DNA of 64,000 nt from Tissierellia bacterium. GTDB taxonomy: Bacteria > Bacillota > Clostridia > Tissierellales > Peptoniphilaceae. The stretch spans positions 12,601 through 76,600 of the forward strand of contig JAUNAV010000002.1 of the NCBI GenBank assembly GCA_030527425.1, read 5' to 3'. Both the position numbers and the translations under genes were made by a program. Of the stretch, positions 1 through 11,657 are shown one piece after another (the stretch's first letter is position 1; each line of letters starts with the position of its first letter). The notes beneath the pieces are model-generated. The model was not told the DNA's origin. It did no database searches and was given only the letters and a program-made list of their open reading frames with translations.

Positions 1-35
1 TTGAAGAAAAATTAGTGATAAATAAAGAAAATTTA

Positions 36-44
36 TGATATAAT
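36..44 (+). promoter_or_regulatory. putative extended -10 promoter element TGaTATAAT for the 61..432 gene
   Basis: TG-n-TATAAT at 36-44, followed by SD aaggagg (50-56) and ATG at 61. No good -35 seen. Confidence 0.4.
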
Positions 45-60
45 ACTTCAAGGAGGTTTT

Positions 61-432
61 ATGTCAGGACTTATAAATTTAGTTTCAGATCATGGTGAAG
101 ATTTGATTATACTACCTTTGATGGCATTAATTTCATTAATAGTATGTATCTTACTACATTTGTTTTTTGATGAAAATAAGATAATCAAATACATACCAGG
201 AATCATATTGATAATAGCATCAATAATAGTTTCAATTTATGCTCTTTCCATATTTACCACCCCAAAAGGACTCGATTTTGCCTGGGTTGCTATTTTTATA
301 GCCGTAAGTGGAATAGTTGGAGTAATTACTGGTTTTATAATTGATTTAATAGGAAGTATAATAAAAAGCTACAATGAATATGAAAAAGAAAGCAAAAAAT
401 CAGCCAATAAACAAAGAAAACAGAAAAAATAA
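61..432 (+). CDS. small integral membrane protein of unknown function (about 3 TM helices, Lys-rich C-terminal tail)
   Basis: Strong SD aaggagg lies 4 nt before the ATG. Hydrophobic segments are LIILPLMALISLIVCILLHLFF, IPGIILIIASIIVSIYALSIF and AWVAIFIAVSGIVGVITGFIIDLIG. Confidence 0.6.
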   Translation: MSGLINLVSDHGEDLIILPLMALISLIVCILLHLFFDENKIIKYIPGIILIIASIIVSIYALSIFTTPKGLDFAWVAIFIAVSGIVGVITGFIIDLIGSIIKSYNEYEKESKKSANKQRKQKK

Positions 433-1162
433 GGCAGCATTTTTTGATATTGATGGAACTTTATTTCGTTCTAGTCTTCTGGTAGAACAATTTAAAATTC
501 TTATCAAAAGAGAAATAATTGATCCTAAAGTTTGGTTTGATGAGATAAAGCCATTATATGACCAATATGACAAAAGATATGGTGAATATGATAATTATTT
601 ATTAACTTTGACCACTCAGTATCAAAAGAAATTAAAGGGCATTTCTTTGGAATATATAAATAAATTGTCAAAAGAGATAGTTCAAAGAAATAAGGATATA
701 GTCTATAGAGTAACTAGAAAAGCATTGAATAGACATAGAAAAGATGGATATAAAATCTTTTTTATTTCAGGTTCACCTGATTTTCTTGTCAATGAGTTTG
801 CAAAATATTACAAAGCGGATTATTGCATAGGAACAAAATACATCTTCGACAAAGATAATAAATTTACCGGAGATATTAGACCTATGTGGGATTCAAAAAA
901 TAAAATTAAGGCTTTGAATTTTCTCTGTGAAAAATTTGATATTGATTTAAATAATTCATATGCATATGGAGATACCAATGGAGACTTATCAATACTAAAA
1001 GCTGTCTCTAACCCAATAGCAGTAAATCCTAGTTTTGAATTTTTAACTAAAATCATTGAGGATATTGATTTATCGAAAAAGACAAAAGTTTATATTGAAA
1101 GAAAAGATGTATTATATGAATACAATTTAGAGAATAAAAATGTAGAATTCAAAAAGTTTTAA
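374..1162 (+). CDS. HAD-IB family hydrolase (SerB-like phosphatase fold); start uncertain
   Basis: HAD motif I is FFDIDGTLF, motif II is FFISGSPDF, and motif IV is YGDTNGD. The only in-frame ATGs (374, 380) lack an SD and overlap the upstream ORF by 59 nt. Confidence 0.75.
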   Translation: MNMKKKAKNQPINKENRKNKAAFFDIDGTLFRSSLLVEQFKILIKREIIDPKVWFDEIKPLYDQYDKRYGEYDNYLLTLTTQYQKKLKGISLEYINKLSKEIVQRNKDIVYRVTRKALNRHRKDGYKIFFISGSPDFLVNEFAKYYKADYCIGTKYIFDKDNKFTGDIRPMWDSKNKIKALNFLCEKFDIDLNNSYAYGDTNGDLSILKAVSNPIAVNPSFEFLTKIIEDIDLSKKTKVYIERKDVLYEYNLENKNVEFKKF

Positions 1163-1307
1163 ATGAATAAAATTAATTTGATGTTTAAATAACAGCTGAT
1201 TATGATGAATAATATTCAAAAAATTGAATTAATCGGCTTTTTTATTCTTTTATTTTATTTTTCATCTTAAAAGTTTCAATATAGTTAAATAATTAATTTT
1301 AAATTTA

Positions 1308-1316
1308 TGGTAAAAT
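1308..1316 (+). promoter_or_regulatory. putative extended -10 promoter element TGgTAAAAT for the 1341..2060 gene
   Basis: TGgTAAAAT at 1308-1316, with SD gaaggggg just upstream of ATG 1341. Confidence 0.4.
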
Positions 1317-1340
1317 AGAAAGACATGAAGGGGGTACAGT

Positions 1341-2060
1341 ATGGATTTAGCTGAAAATGCACAAATAAAAATTGAACAAGAATTAGAGCATAATTTTCTA
1401 TACAATAATGATCAAGAATCTTTACATATACTAATATCCATACTGGACAATAAAAATTTTGCTACTTATCTAAAGCCAAAATACAACTGTATGAAATATA
1501 TTATTTCAAATCTAAAGAAGTATTTTATTGATAAACCAAATCAAGAAAAGATAATAATAGCAATAAGAAGACAAATAACAGAGGATATTAATAGATATGA
1601 ATTGAGTACTTATTTAAATGCTTATAATATTGCTCATAATGATAAAGCTTCTGCTGATAAATTGGAAAGATTAGCTTTAGAAAAGTATGGATATTCTTTT
1701 TTATTTGAAAAAAAAGAATTATTAGAAAATTCAGAAGATGAAGAAGTTTTAGAGCTTAAAAACTCAATTTTTAAGAAAATCGAAGAAGACAAACAGCTAA
1801 TAGATGATATTAAAAAAAGTTGTATAGATTATTCTGATCAATTATACAAAAATAAAATTTTGAATTTAGATTTAAATATTGACAGTCAATTAACTTTTTT
1901 TGATAATTCAATAATTGAAGAAGACAAGAATCTTGACATAAAAGAACTAGAAGATATTTATAAAAAAATCCTGACTTATATGATAAATAAGGTTATGGAA
2001 ATTTTTATGGATGCTTATTGGTGTGCTGTCAATGAAGTTGTTCTAAAAAGATATCAATAG
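1341..2060 (+). CDS. hypothetical acidic, probably all-helical cytoplasmic protein, 239 aa, no recognised domain
   Basis: ORF has an SD (aagggggt), its own promoter-like element and its own terminator. No TM segment, signal peptide or motif that I can place. Confidence 0.6.
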   Translation: MDLAENAQIKIEQELEHNFLYNNDQESLHILISILDNKNFATYLKPKYNCMKYIISNLKKYFIDKPNQEKIIIAIRRQITEDINRYELSTYLNAYNIAHNDKASADKLERLALEKYGYSFLFEKKELLENSEDEEVLELKNSIFKKIEEDKQLIDDIKKSCIDYSDQLYKNKILNLDLNIDSQLTFFDNSIIEEDKNLDIKELEDIYKKILTYMINKVMEIFMDAYWCAVNEVVLKRYQ

Positions 2061-2086
2061 GGCTTTTAAGCCCCTTTTTTTATTTT
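2060..2086 (+). terminator. intrinsic terminator after the 239-aa orphan
   Basis: Hairpin gggct-ttta-agccc followed by tttttttatttt. Confidence 0.6.
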
Positions 2087-2106
2087 AGAATATGGAAAGG
2101 AAATAG

Positions 2107-2598
2107 ATGTTAATTTTAGGAATTGACCCTGGTATTGCCATTATGGGATATGGTCTTTTAAATCTTAAATCTAATAGGGTTAAAATGGTTGAGTATGGTG
2201 TAGTTACTACTTCATCAAAAACTAATTTTGCAGATAGATTAAATGTTTTATATGATAATTTACAAGAAATAATTGATCAATACAAACCAGATGAGGTCGC
2301 GATAGAAGAATTATTTTTTAATAAAAATGTTAAAACGGCAATAACTGTAGGACATGCCAGAGGTATTCAAGTTTTATGTGCAAATAGGAATAAAATTCCA
2401 ATATACGAATATACACCATTACAAATAAAACAAGCTATTACAGGTTATGGCAGAGCAAATAAAAAACAGATGCAATTATCGGTTCAATCTCTGCTAAATC
2501 TAGATAAAATTCCAAAGCCTGATGATGCGGCAGATGCTTTAGCAGTTAGTTTATGTCATGTTTTTAATCAAAGATTTAAAGAGGAGTTTAGAATATGA
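2107..2598 (+). CDS. ruvC: crossover junction endodeoxyribonuclease RuvC
   Basis: N-terminus ILGIDPGIAIMGYG, and DAADALAV near the C-terminus. Sits upstream of ruvA/ruvB. Confidence 0.9.
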   Translation: MLILGIDPGIAIMGYGLLNLKSNRVKMVEYGVVTTSSKTNFADRLNVLYDNLQEIIDQYKPDEVAIEELFFNKNVKTAITVGHARGIQVLCANRNKIPIYEYTPLQIKQAITGYGRANKKQMQLSVQSLLNLDKIPKPDDAADALAVSLCHVFNQRFKEEFRI

Positions 2599-3182
2599 TC
2601 TCTTATATAATTGGAGATATTAAATTCATAGGTGATGAATACATAGTTATAGAAAATAATAATATTGGATATAAAATCAGCACTTCCAAAAATTCATTAT
2701 TTGAATTTGATATCAATCAAGAATACAAAATATATACTTCAATGCAGGTTAGAGAAGATGATATATCATTGTATGGTTTTTCAACTAAAGATGAATTGGA
2801 TATGTTTTTATTATTAATATCAGTTTCATCAATAGGTCCAAAAAATGCATTACAAATACTTTCAACTTTAAAAGGATATGAAATAAAAAAAGCTATTTTA
2901 TCTAATGATATAAATACATTAACTCTAGCTAAAGGCGTTGGAAAAAAGACTGCTTCAAGAATAATTTTAGAGCTTGTGGATCAAGTAAAGAAGATGAATA
3001 TAAACATTGATCAAAGTAATTTTGAAGATAAAGTAATAGATGATAATGAAACAGTTGCTATAGAAGCTTTAATAAATCTTGGATATCAAAAAAATGATAT
3101 TACTAGAGTTTTAAAACAATTAAAAGGCGAAAATTTGGAATTACAAGATCTTATAAAAGAAAGTTTAAAAAGATTGGTGTAG
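2595..3182 (+). CDS. ruvA: Holliday junction branch migration complex subunit RuvA
   Basis: MISYIIGDI... OB-fold N-terminus, HhH region LAKGVGKKTASRIILEL. ATGA overlap with ruvC, followed by ruvB. Confidence 0.85.
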   Translation: MISYIIGDIKFIGDEYIVIENNNIGYKISTSKNSLFEFDINQEYKIYTSMQVREDDISLYGFSTKDELDMFLLLISVSSIGPKNALQILSTLKGYEIKKAILSNDINTLTLAKGVGKKTASRIILELVDQVKKMNINIDQSNFEDKVIDDNETVAIEALINLGYQKNDITRVLKQLKGENLELQDLIKESLKRLV

Positions 3183-3185
3183 AAT

Positions 3186-4195
3186 ATGTATGATGAAAAT
3201 GAAAGAATTGTTGGATCTGCAAGATTGATAGAAGATGATGAAAATGAAAAATCTATTAGGCCTCGCTGGTTAAAAGATTATATTGGACAAGAGTCTGTTA
3301 AAGAAAAACTAGATATTTTCATAAAAGCTTCATTAAAAAGAGAGGAAGCATTGGATCATGTTTTATTACAAGGTCCTCCTGGTTTAGGAAAAACCACATT
3401 GTCTAATATAATCGCCACAGAATTAGGAGTTAATTTAAGGGTAACATCGGGACCTGCAATTGAAAGACCGTCGGATCTTGCAAGCATTTTAACAAATCTT
3501 AAAAAAGGTGATGTATTATTTATCGATGAAATTCATAGAATAAATCGATCAGTTGAAGAAATTTTATATCCAGCAATGGAGGATTATTGTCTTGATATAA
3601 TAGTGGGTAAGGGACCAAATGCTCAGTCTATTCGTATTGATTTAGAAAAATTCACTTTGGTGGCAGCAACAACAAGAAGTGGTATGTTATCAGCACCTTT
3701 AAGGGATAGATTTGGAGTATTATTGTCTTTAAATCTTTATGAAGTAAAGGATCTTACAAAAATAGTAAAAAGGTCGGCTTCTATTTTAGATATTGATATT
3801 AGCGAAAAAGGAGCTTTAGAAATTGCAAAAAGAAGTAGAGGAACTCCAAGAATAGCAAATAGATTATTAAAAAGAGTAAGAGACTATGCTACTGTAAAAA
3901 AAGATGGACAAATAGATTATCAAACGGCAAAAGAAGGACTTAAGCTTTTAGAAATAGATGAATGTGGACTTGATAATATGGATGAAAAAATAATAAGGAC
4001 TATGTATGAAAATTTTAATGGAGGTCCAGTTGGCATCGATACAATTGCTGCATCTACAGGAATTGAAAATGTAACAATTGAAGATGTATATGAACCATAT
4101 CTTTTACAAATTGGATTTATATCAAGAACACCAAGAGGAAGGAAATTAACTAAAAAAGCTTATGAACACTTTGATTTAGAATATAAGGAGAAATG

Positions 4196-4196
<1 letters not shown>
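3186..4196 (+). CDS. ruvB: Holliday junction DNA helicase RuvB
   Basis: Walker [11 protein letters not shown], Walker B LFIDEIHR, sensor [16 protein letters not shown]. Confidence 0.95.
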
Positions 4197-6345
<2,149 letters not shown>

Positions 6346-6347
6346 AG

Positions 6348-6614
6348 ATGAGATTGGAATATGCTCTGTTAATAATCTTAGCTTTATTTTATTACTTGTA
6401 TGTATATAAGGAAGATAAAAAAAGAAAAGATAATATAAAATATATAAAAGAAAATCTCAAAATTGGATCTAGAGTAATTACAAAATCGGATATTATAGGT
6501 ATTATAACTCAAATGAATGATTTTTCATGCGTCATTAAAACTGGAACTGAAGATAAATTTTCATATCTTGAAATAAAAAAATATAGTATTAAAGAAATTT
6601 TGGAGGAGCTTTAA
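6348..6614 (+). CDS. yajC: preprotein translocase subunit YajC-like
   Basis: 88 aa with one N-terminal TM helix, then LKIGSRVITKSDIIGII, resembling the YajC KxGDxVxTxGGxxG core. Conserved position after tgt. Confidence 0.65.
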   Translation: MRLEYALLIILALFYYLYVYKEDKKRKDNIKYIKENLKIGSRVITKSDIIGIITQMNDFSCVIKTGTEDKFSYLEIKKYSIKEILEEL

Positions 6615-6630
6615 AGCTCCTTCTTTAATA
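6602..6630 (+). terminator. intrinsic terminator overlapping the yajC stop
   Basis: Hairpin ggagct-ttaa-agctcc (6605-6620) followed by ttctttaat. Confidence 0.55.
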
Positions 6631-6674
6631 AAGCATTAAAAAAGGTATAATAATTTAGTATACGAAAGGAAAAA

Positions 6675-8399
6675 ATGACTAAGTGGTTTATTTACAATAA
6701 AAAAGGAAATTTAAAAAATAATTTAAAAATTAAAGGCATTTCAAAATTGGAAGCTTTACTACTTGCTAATCGTGATATTGTCGATAAAGAAGTAGTAGAG
6801 ATGTTTATAAATCCAAGCTTAGACAAATTACATGATCCATTTTTGTTAAATGATATGAATAAAGCAAAAGATCTTTTGTTATATGCTATAGAAAATAATC
6901 AAAAAATAAGAATCTTTGGCGATTATGATCAAGATGGCATTAGCTCTGTTATTACACTACTAGATGGAATTTTATATTTTTACGATAATATTGACTTTGA
7001 TATTCCTGATAGAGTATCTGATGGATATGGTGTGAGTAAAAGAATGGTTCAAAAAGCTTATGATGATGATGTAAAATTAGTTATCACCTGTGATAATGGT
7101 ATAAGTGCTTTTGATGAAATACAACTACTTAAAGAAAAAGGCATATCTGTTATATTAACGGATCATCATCAAATTAAAAAAGAAGAAAAAGGCGAGTGGA
7201 TAAATCAGGTTTTACCTGAAGCAGATGCAATAATAAATCCAAAGAGATTGGATTCAACATATCCTTTTTCAGATTTATGTGGAGCTGGAGTTGCTTTTAA
7301 ATTAATACAAGCACTATTTATTAGCTTGGGTGGAGAATTCGAATATTTGTACTCACTTTTAGAATATGTAGCTATGGGAACTGTTTGTGATGTCGTAGAC
7401 TTAGTTGATGAAAATAGGATTTTTGTCATTGAAGGATTAAAGAGGATGAATAATACTTCAAAGGCAGGAATCAAAGCTATTATAAATGAAAATTCTTGGA
7501 ATAAAGAAATTGATAGTTATACTCTAGGATTTGTAATAGGCCCATGTATGAATGCTACTGGTAGATTATCTAGCGCCAAATTTGCTGTTGAAATGCTTTT
7601 AGAAGATGATTATGATAAAGCTTTGGAATATGCTAGAAATCTTGTTGATTTAAACAATGAGAGAAAATTATTAACACAAAATGGATTAGACGAAGCCTTA
7701 GATTTAATTGAAGAAAATAAATTATATAAAAATGATATTTTGGTTGTCTACTGCCCTAAAATTGAAGAGAGCATATGTGGAATTGCAGCAGGTAGAATAA
7801 AAGAAAAATACAATAAACCAACCATTGTTTTATCAAATAGCAGCAAAGAAGGAATTTTAAAAGGGTCTGGCAGATCTATTGAGGCATATAATATTCATAA
7901 AGAAATAGTTCCTTATTCTCAAAAGTTAGAGTCTTTTGGTGGTCATCCAATGGCTTGTGGACTTAGTATAAAAAAAGAGTTATTAGATGATTTTAATAAA
8001 TTTTTAAATGAAAATTCACCACTTAAAAAGACAGATTTTGAAAAAATTATTAATATAGATTATAAAATAGACATCTCAAAGCTAAGTTTGGAATTTGCAG
8101 AAAGTCTAATTCACTTAAAACCATTTGGCAAAAAAAATCCAAAACCGATTTTTGCAGATAAAAATGTAAATATCAAAAGGCTAGAAATGATTGGTAAAGA
8201 TAAAGAAACCATGAAACTAGTCTTAGAGAAAAATAATGTAACTGTCAATGCCATAAAATTTAAAGCATTAGAAGATTACAAGTATTTAAAAGAGAATCAA
8301 AAATCGGGAGTTAAAAAAATTGATATAGTATATTATCCAGATATCAATGAATTTAGAGGAGAGAAAACTCTTCAGCTTCGTATAATTGATTTAAGATAG
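6675..8399 (+). CDS. recJ: single-stranded-DNA-specific exonuclease RecJ
   Basis: DHH motifs GDYDQDGISS, TCDNG, LTDHHQ; DHHA1 motif GGHPMACG. Confidence 0.9.
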   Translation: MTKWFIYNKKGNLKNNLKIKGISKLEALLLANRDIVDKEVVEMFINPSLDKLHDPFLLNDMNKAKDLLLYAIENNQKIRIFGDYDQDGISSVITLLDGILYFYDNIDFDIPDRVSDGYGVSKRMVQKAYDDDVKLVITCDNGISAFDEIQLLKEKGISVILTDHHQIKKEEKGEWINQVLPEADAIINPKRLDSTYPFSDLCGAGVAFKLIQALFISLGGEFEYLYSLLEYVAMGTVCDVVDLVDENRIFVIEGLKRMNNTSKAGIKAIINENSWNKEIDSYTLGFVIGPCMNATGRLSSAKFAVEMLLEDDYDKALEYARNLVDLNNERKLLTQNGLDEALDLIEENKLYKNDILVVYCPKIEESICGIAAGRIKEKYNKPTIVLSNSSKEGILKGSGRSIEAYNIHKEIVPYSQKLESFGGHPMACGLSIKKELLDDFNKFLNENSPLKKTDFEKIINIDYKIDISKLSLEFAESLIHLKPFGKKNPKPIFADKNVNIKRLEMIGKDKETMKLVLEKNNVTVNAIKFKALEDYKYLKENQKSGVKKIDIVYYPDINEFRGEKTLQLRIIDLR

Positions 8400-8409
8400 A
8401 GGTGAGTTT

Positions 8410-10587
8410 ATGGCGACAGATTTTAAAAAAGAATTTTTAATTTTAAAACAAAAAGTATTAGAAAAAAATGAAGATACTGATATAGATTTAATAAAAAAGG
8501 CATATGACTTTGCCGAGTTAAAACATAGAGGACAAAAACGAAATTCAGGAGAAGATTATTTTATTCATCCTATTGCTGTCGCTAAAACTCTTTGTGATAT
8601 GAATCTTGATGACCAGACCATATGTGCAGGTTTAATGCATGATGTTTTAGAAGATACCGACTGCAGTTATGAATATATGAAAGAACTTTTCGGTCAAGAA
8701 ATAACTTTTTTAGTTGATGGAGTTACAAAATTAAAGAGAATAAAATTTAAATCTAAAGAAGAAAAACAAGCTGAAAACATCAGAAAGATGGTTATGGCCA
8801 TGAGTAATGATGTAAGAGTTATCCTTATAAAACTTGCTGATAGACTTCATAATATGAGAACCCTTGAGTATAAAACCAGCGTTAAACAAAGAAAGACAGC
8901 TACAGAAACGATTGAAATATATGTTCCTATAGCACATAGACTAGGTATTTATACTCTAAAATGGGAACTTGAAGATCTATGCCTTCGCTATCTAGAGCCT
9001 GAAATTTACTATGAACTTGCTGAAATGGTCAATAAAAAGCGAAAAGAGCGTGAAGAATACATTGAGAGGATAATAAAAAAATTAAAACCAAGATTAGATG
9101 AACAATTGAAAAATTATTCTATCAGTGGAAGACCAAAAAGCCTGTATTCTATATATAAAAAAATGTATAAACAAAATATAGAATTCGATAAAATCTATGA
9201 TCTTACAGCAGTTAGAGTAATAGTTGATACCTTATCAGATTGTTATAATGCTTTAGGAGTAGTTCATAATACTTGGAAGCCAATTGGAGGAAGGATAAAA
9301 GATTATATTGCAAATCCAAAGCCAAATGGTTATAAGTCATTACACACTACAGTTTTTGGCGATAGCGGGAATGCTTTTGAAGTTCAAATTAGAACGAAAA
9401 AAATGCATGAAGAAGCAGAATATGGTATAGCAGCGCATTGGAAATACAAAGAAGGAAAGAAAAATTCTAATAAATTCGATGATACCTTAACTTTTATAAG
9501 ACAGATTATGGAATGGCAAAAAGAGGGTGGGGATCACGTAAATAATAGAGAATTTATGGAAACACTAAAAGGTGATTTCTTTTCAGATGAAATATATGTC
9601 TATTCACCAAATGGAGATATAATTAATTTACCAGTTGACAGTTGCGCTATTGATTTTGCTTATAGAATTCATACTGATGTAGGTAATACATGTATAGGAT
9701 GTAAAATATCAGGTAGGATAATGCCACTAAGCCATAAGTTAAAAACAGGTGATGTCGTTGAAATCTTGACTTCTAAAAACTCTTCTGGACCTAGTAGAGA
9801 TTGGCTTTCTATAGTTAAAAGCAATCAGGCTAGAAATAAGATAAGACAGTACTTTAAAAAACATGAAAAAAGTCAAAATATAGAATTAGGCAAAGAGATT
9901 TTAATAAAAGAAATTAGAAAAATAAGGCCAGACTATAAGGAGTTAATGAAATTAGAATGGCTAAAAGAAGCTAGCGAAAGATTGAGTTTTTCAAGTATAG
10001 ATGATATGTATGCTTCAGTTGGTTTTGGCTCGACTCCTACTACTCAGATTATTCCTAAATTAAAAGCTAAATATGAAAAGGAATATGAGAAGGACTTTAA
10101 ACAAATTGATATTCCATCACAAAATGTCAAAAAAGGTCCAAAAGATGGTGTAAGAGTAAGAGATTTTGACGAGGATATAGAAGTTAAATTTGCAAAATGT
10201 TGTAATCCTGTTCCTGGGGATAATATTGTAGGCTTTATTACTAAGGGAAGAGGTATATCAGTTCATCTAAGAAATTGTCCAAATATAGTAAATTTAAATT
10301 CCCCAGATAGATTAATTGATGTCTATTGGGAAAATGACAATTCGGATAGATTCCCTGTAAGAATAGAGTTGTTAACGACTGAAGCACAAGGAATTTTTGT
10401 GGAAGTTACAAAGATAATAAACAATGAAGGTATCAATATTTCAGGAATAAATGCAAAATCAAATGATGATCAGACTGCAATAATAGATTTAACTTTAGAT
10501 GTTAAAAATGCTGAACAATTGACAGATGTCGTAAACAAGTTAAAAGAACAAAAATTTATTTTAGATGTATATAGGAAAAAGGGATAA
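8410..10587 (+). CDS. rel: bifunctional (p)ppGpp synthetase/hydrolase Rel (RelA/SpoT family)
   Basis: HD domain HRGQKRNSGEDYFIHPIAVA...HDVLEDT, synthetase RPKSLYSIYKKM, plus TGS and C-terminal ACT-like regions. Confidence 0.95.
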   Translation: MATDFKKEFLILKQKVLEKNEDTDIDLIKKAYDFAELKHRGQKRNSGEDYFIHPIAVAKTLCDMNLDDQTICAGLMHDVLEDTDCSYEYMKELFGQEITFLVDGVTKLKRIKFKSKEEKQAENIRKMVMAMSNDVRVILIKLADRLHNMRTLEYKTSVKQRKTATETIEIYVPIAHRLGIYTLKWELEDLCLRYLEPEIYYELAEMVNKKRKEREEYIERIIKKLKPRLDEQLKNYSISGRPKSLYSIYKKMYKQNIEFDKIYDLTAVRVIVDTLSDCYNALGVVHNTWKPIGGRIKDYIANPKPNGYKSLHTTVFGDSGNAFEVQIRTKKMHEEAEYGIAAHWKYKEGKKNSNKFDDTLTFIRQIMEWQKEGGDHVNNREFMETLKGDFFSDEIYVYSPNGDIINLPVDSCAIDFAYRIHTDVGNTCIGCKISGRIMPLSHKLKTGDVVEILTSKNSSGPSRDWLSIVKSNQARNKIRQYFKKHEKSQNIELGKEILIKEIRKIRPDYKELMKLEWLKEASERLSFSSIDDMYASVGFGSTPTTQIIPKLKAKYEKEYEKDFKQIDIPSQNVKKGPKDGVRVRDFDEDIEVKFAKCCNPVPGDNIVGFITKGRGISVHLRNCPNIVNLNSPDRLIDVYWENDNSDRFPVRIELLTTEAQGIFVEVTKIINNEGINISGINAKSNDDQTAIIDLTLDVKNAEQLTDVVNKLKEQKFILDVYRKKG

Positions 10588-11036
10588 TGAGAGCATTAGT
10601 ACAAAAAGTAAAAAAAGCAAAAGTAGAAGTTGACAATAAAGAGATTTCAAAAATTCAAAAAGGACTTTTAGTTTTTATAGCTGTAACAGAAGAAGATTGC
10701 CAAGATGATCTTGATTATATTAAAAGGAAAATTGAAAATTTAAGGATTTTTGAAGATGATCAAGGCAAGATGAATCTTTCTATAAAACAAGTTTCAGGAG
10801 AATTTTTAATTGTTAGCCAATTTACTCTATATGGCGATGCAAGAAAAGGTAATAGACCAAGCTTTATTAGAGCAAGTGCCCCTGAAAAGGGAGAAAAATA
10901 TTATAAGAATCTAATAGAAGCTTTAAGAAATGATGGCTTTACCGTAAAAGAAGGTTCTTATGGAGCAGATATGGATGTAAGTTTAATCAATGATGGTCCA
11001 TGTACAATTCAACTTGATAGTGAGAGGATTTATTGA
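10587..11036 (+). CDS. dtd: D-aminoacyl-tRNA deacylase
   Basis: SQFTLYGDARKGNRPSF and NDGPCT motifs. TAATG junction with rel. Confidence 0.9.
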   Translation: MRALVQKVKKAKVEVDNKEISKIQKGLLVFIAVTEEDCQDDLDYIKRKIENLRIFEDDQGKMNLSIKQVSGEFLIVSQFTLYGDARKGNRPSFIRASAPEKGEKYYKNLIEALRNDGFTVKEGSYGADMDVSLINDGPCTIQLDSERIY

Positions 11037-11647
11037 TGAGAGTAAAAAATTTTTGTGTTGGTCCCCTAGCTACCAATATGTATATTTGTAGCGACGAAAA
11101 AAACGAGGGATTTATAGTTGACTGTCCATATAAATCAAATGAAGTGTTAGAATATATTAAAGAAGAAAAAATAGATATTAAATTTATTTTACTAACACAT
11201 ACTCATGTTGATCATGTTTTAGGAGCTAAATTTTTTAGTGAAAAATTAAATGTTCCAATTTATGCAAGTGAAGACAGTAGGGATATTTATGAAGATGTCA
11301 ATTATAATTTGAGTGATTATATGGCATATCCTATAGAAAAATATGAAATAGATGAATTTTTACTTGATAAACAAATAATTGAAAAATTTAATATCATTTG
11401 TTTAAAAACACCAGGTCATACAATAGATTCTATGAGTTTTGCACTTGAAGATATTATATTTTCAGGAGATACAATATTTAAATTATCTATTGGAAGAACT
11501 GATTTTGCTGGTGGAGATTATAATTCAATAATACATTCAATAAAAGAAAGAATATTAGTTTTTGATGATGATACAAAAATTTATCCTGGACATGGTGAAT
11601 CAACCAATGTTTTATATGAAAAAGAAAATAATCCATTTGTAAATTAG
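11036..11647 (+). CDS. MBL-fold metallo-hydrolase (glyoxalase II-like)
   Basis: HxHxDH motif THTHVDHVLG, later TPGHT and GHG. ATG 11036 preferred over TTG 11033 from SD spacing. Confidence 0.8.
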   Translation: MRVKNFCVGPLATNMYICSDEKNEGFIVDCPYKSNEVLEYIKEEKIDIKFILLTHTHVDHVLGAKFFSEKLNVPIYASEDSRDIYEDVNYNLSDYMAYPIEKYEIDEFLLDKQIIEKFNIICLKTPGHTIDSMSFALEDIIFSGDTIFKLSIGRTDFAGGDYNSIIHSIKERILVFDDDTKIYPGHGESTNVLYEKENNPFVN

Positions 11648-11657
11648 AGGGGGATAT

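Noticed and set aside
1163-1340. The largest non-coding gap was checked for a tRNA, sRNA or repeat. Other gaps checked were 6615-6674, 22653-22725, 39467-39553 and 55232-55307.
   Set aside because: These gaps are AT-rich with no cloverleaf-compatible GC stems, no direct repeats and no conserved riboswitch-like motifs that I can recognise. They are explained by promoter and terminator signals.
2403-2410. ComX cin-box-like TACGAATA, and a similar TACGAATT near 16155.
   Set aside because: Both are inside coding sequence (ruvC, der) and not upstream of any competence gene. No such box is seen upstream of comEA, dprA or the pilus operon.
11648-11657. Looked for T-box leaders upstream of aspS (11658) and alaS (30186).
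   Set aside because: The intergenic gaps are about 10 nt, so there is no room for a 200-nt or longer T-box. These genes are embedded in operons.
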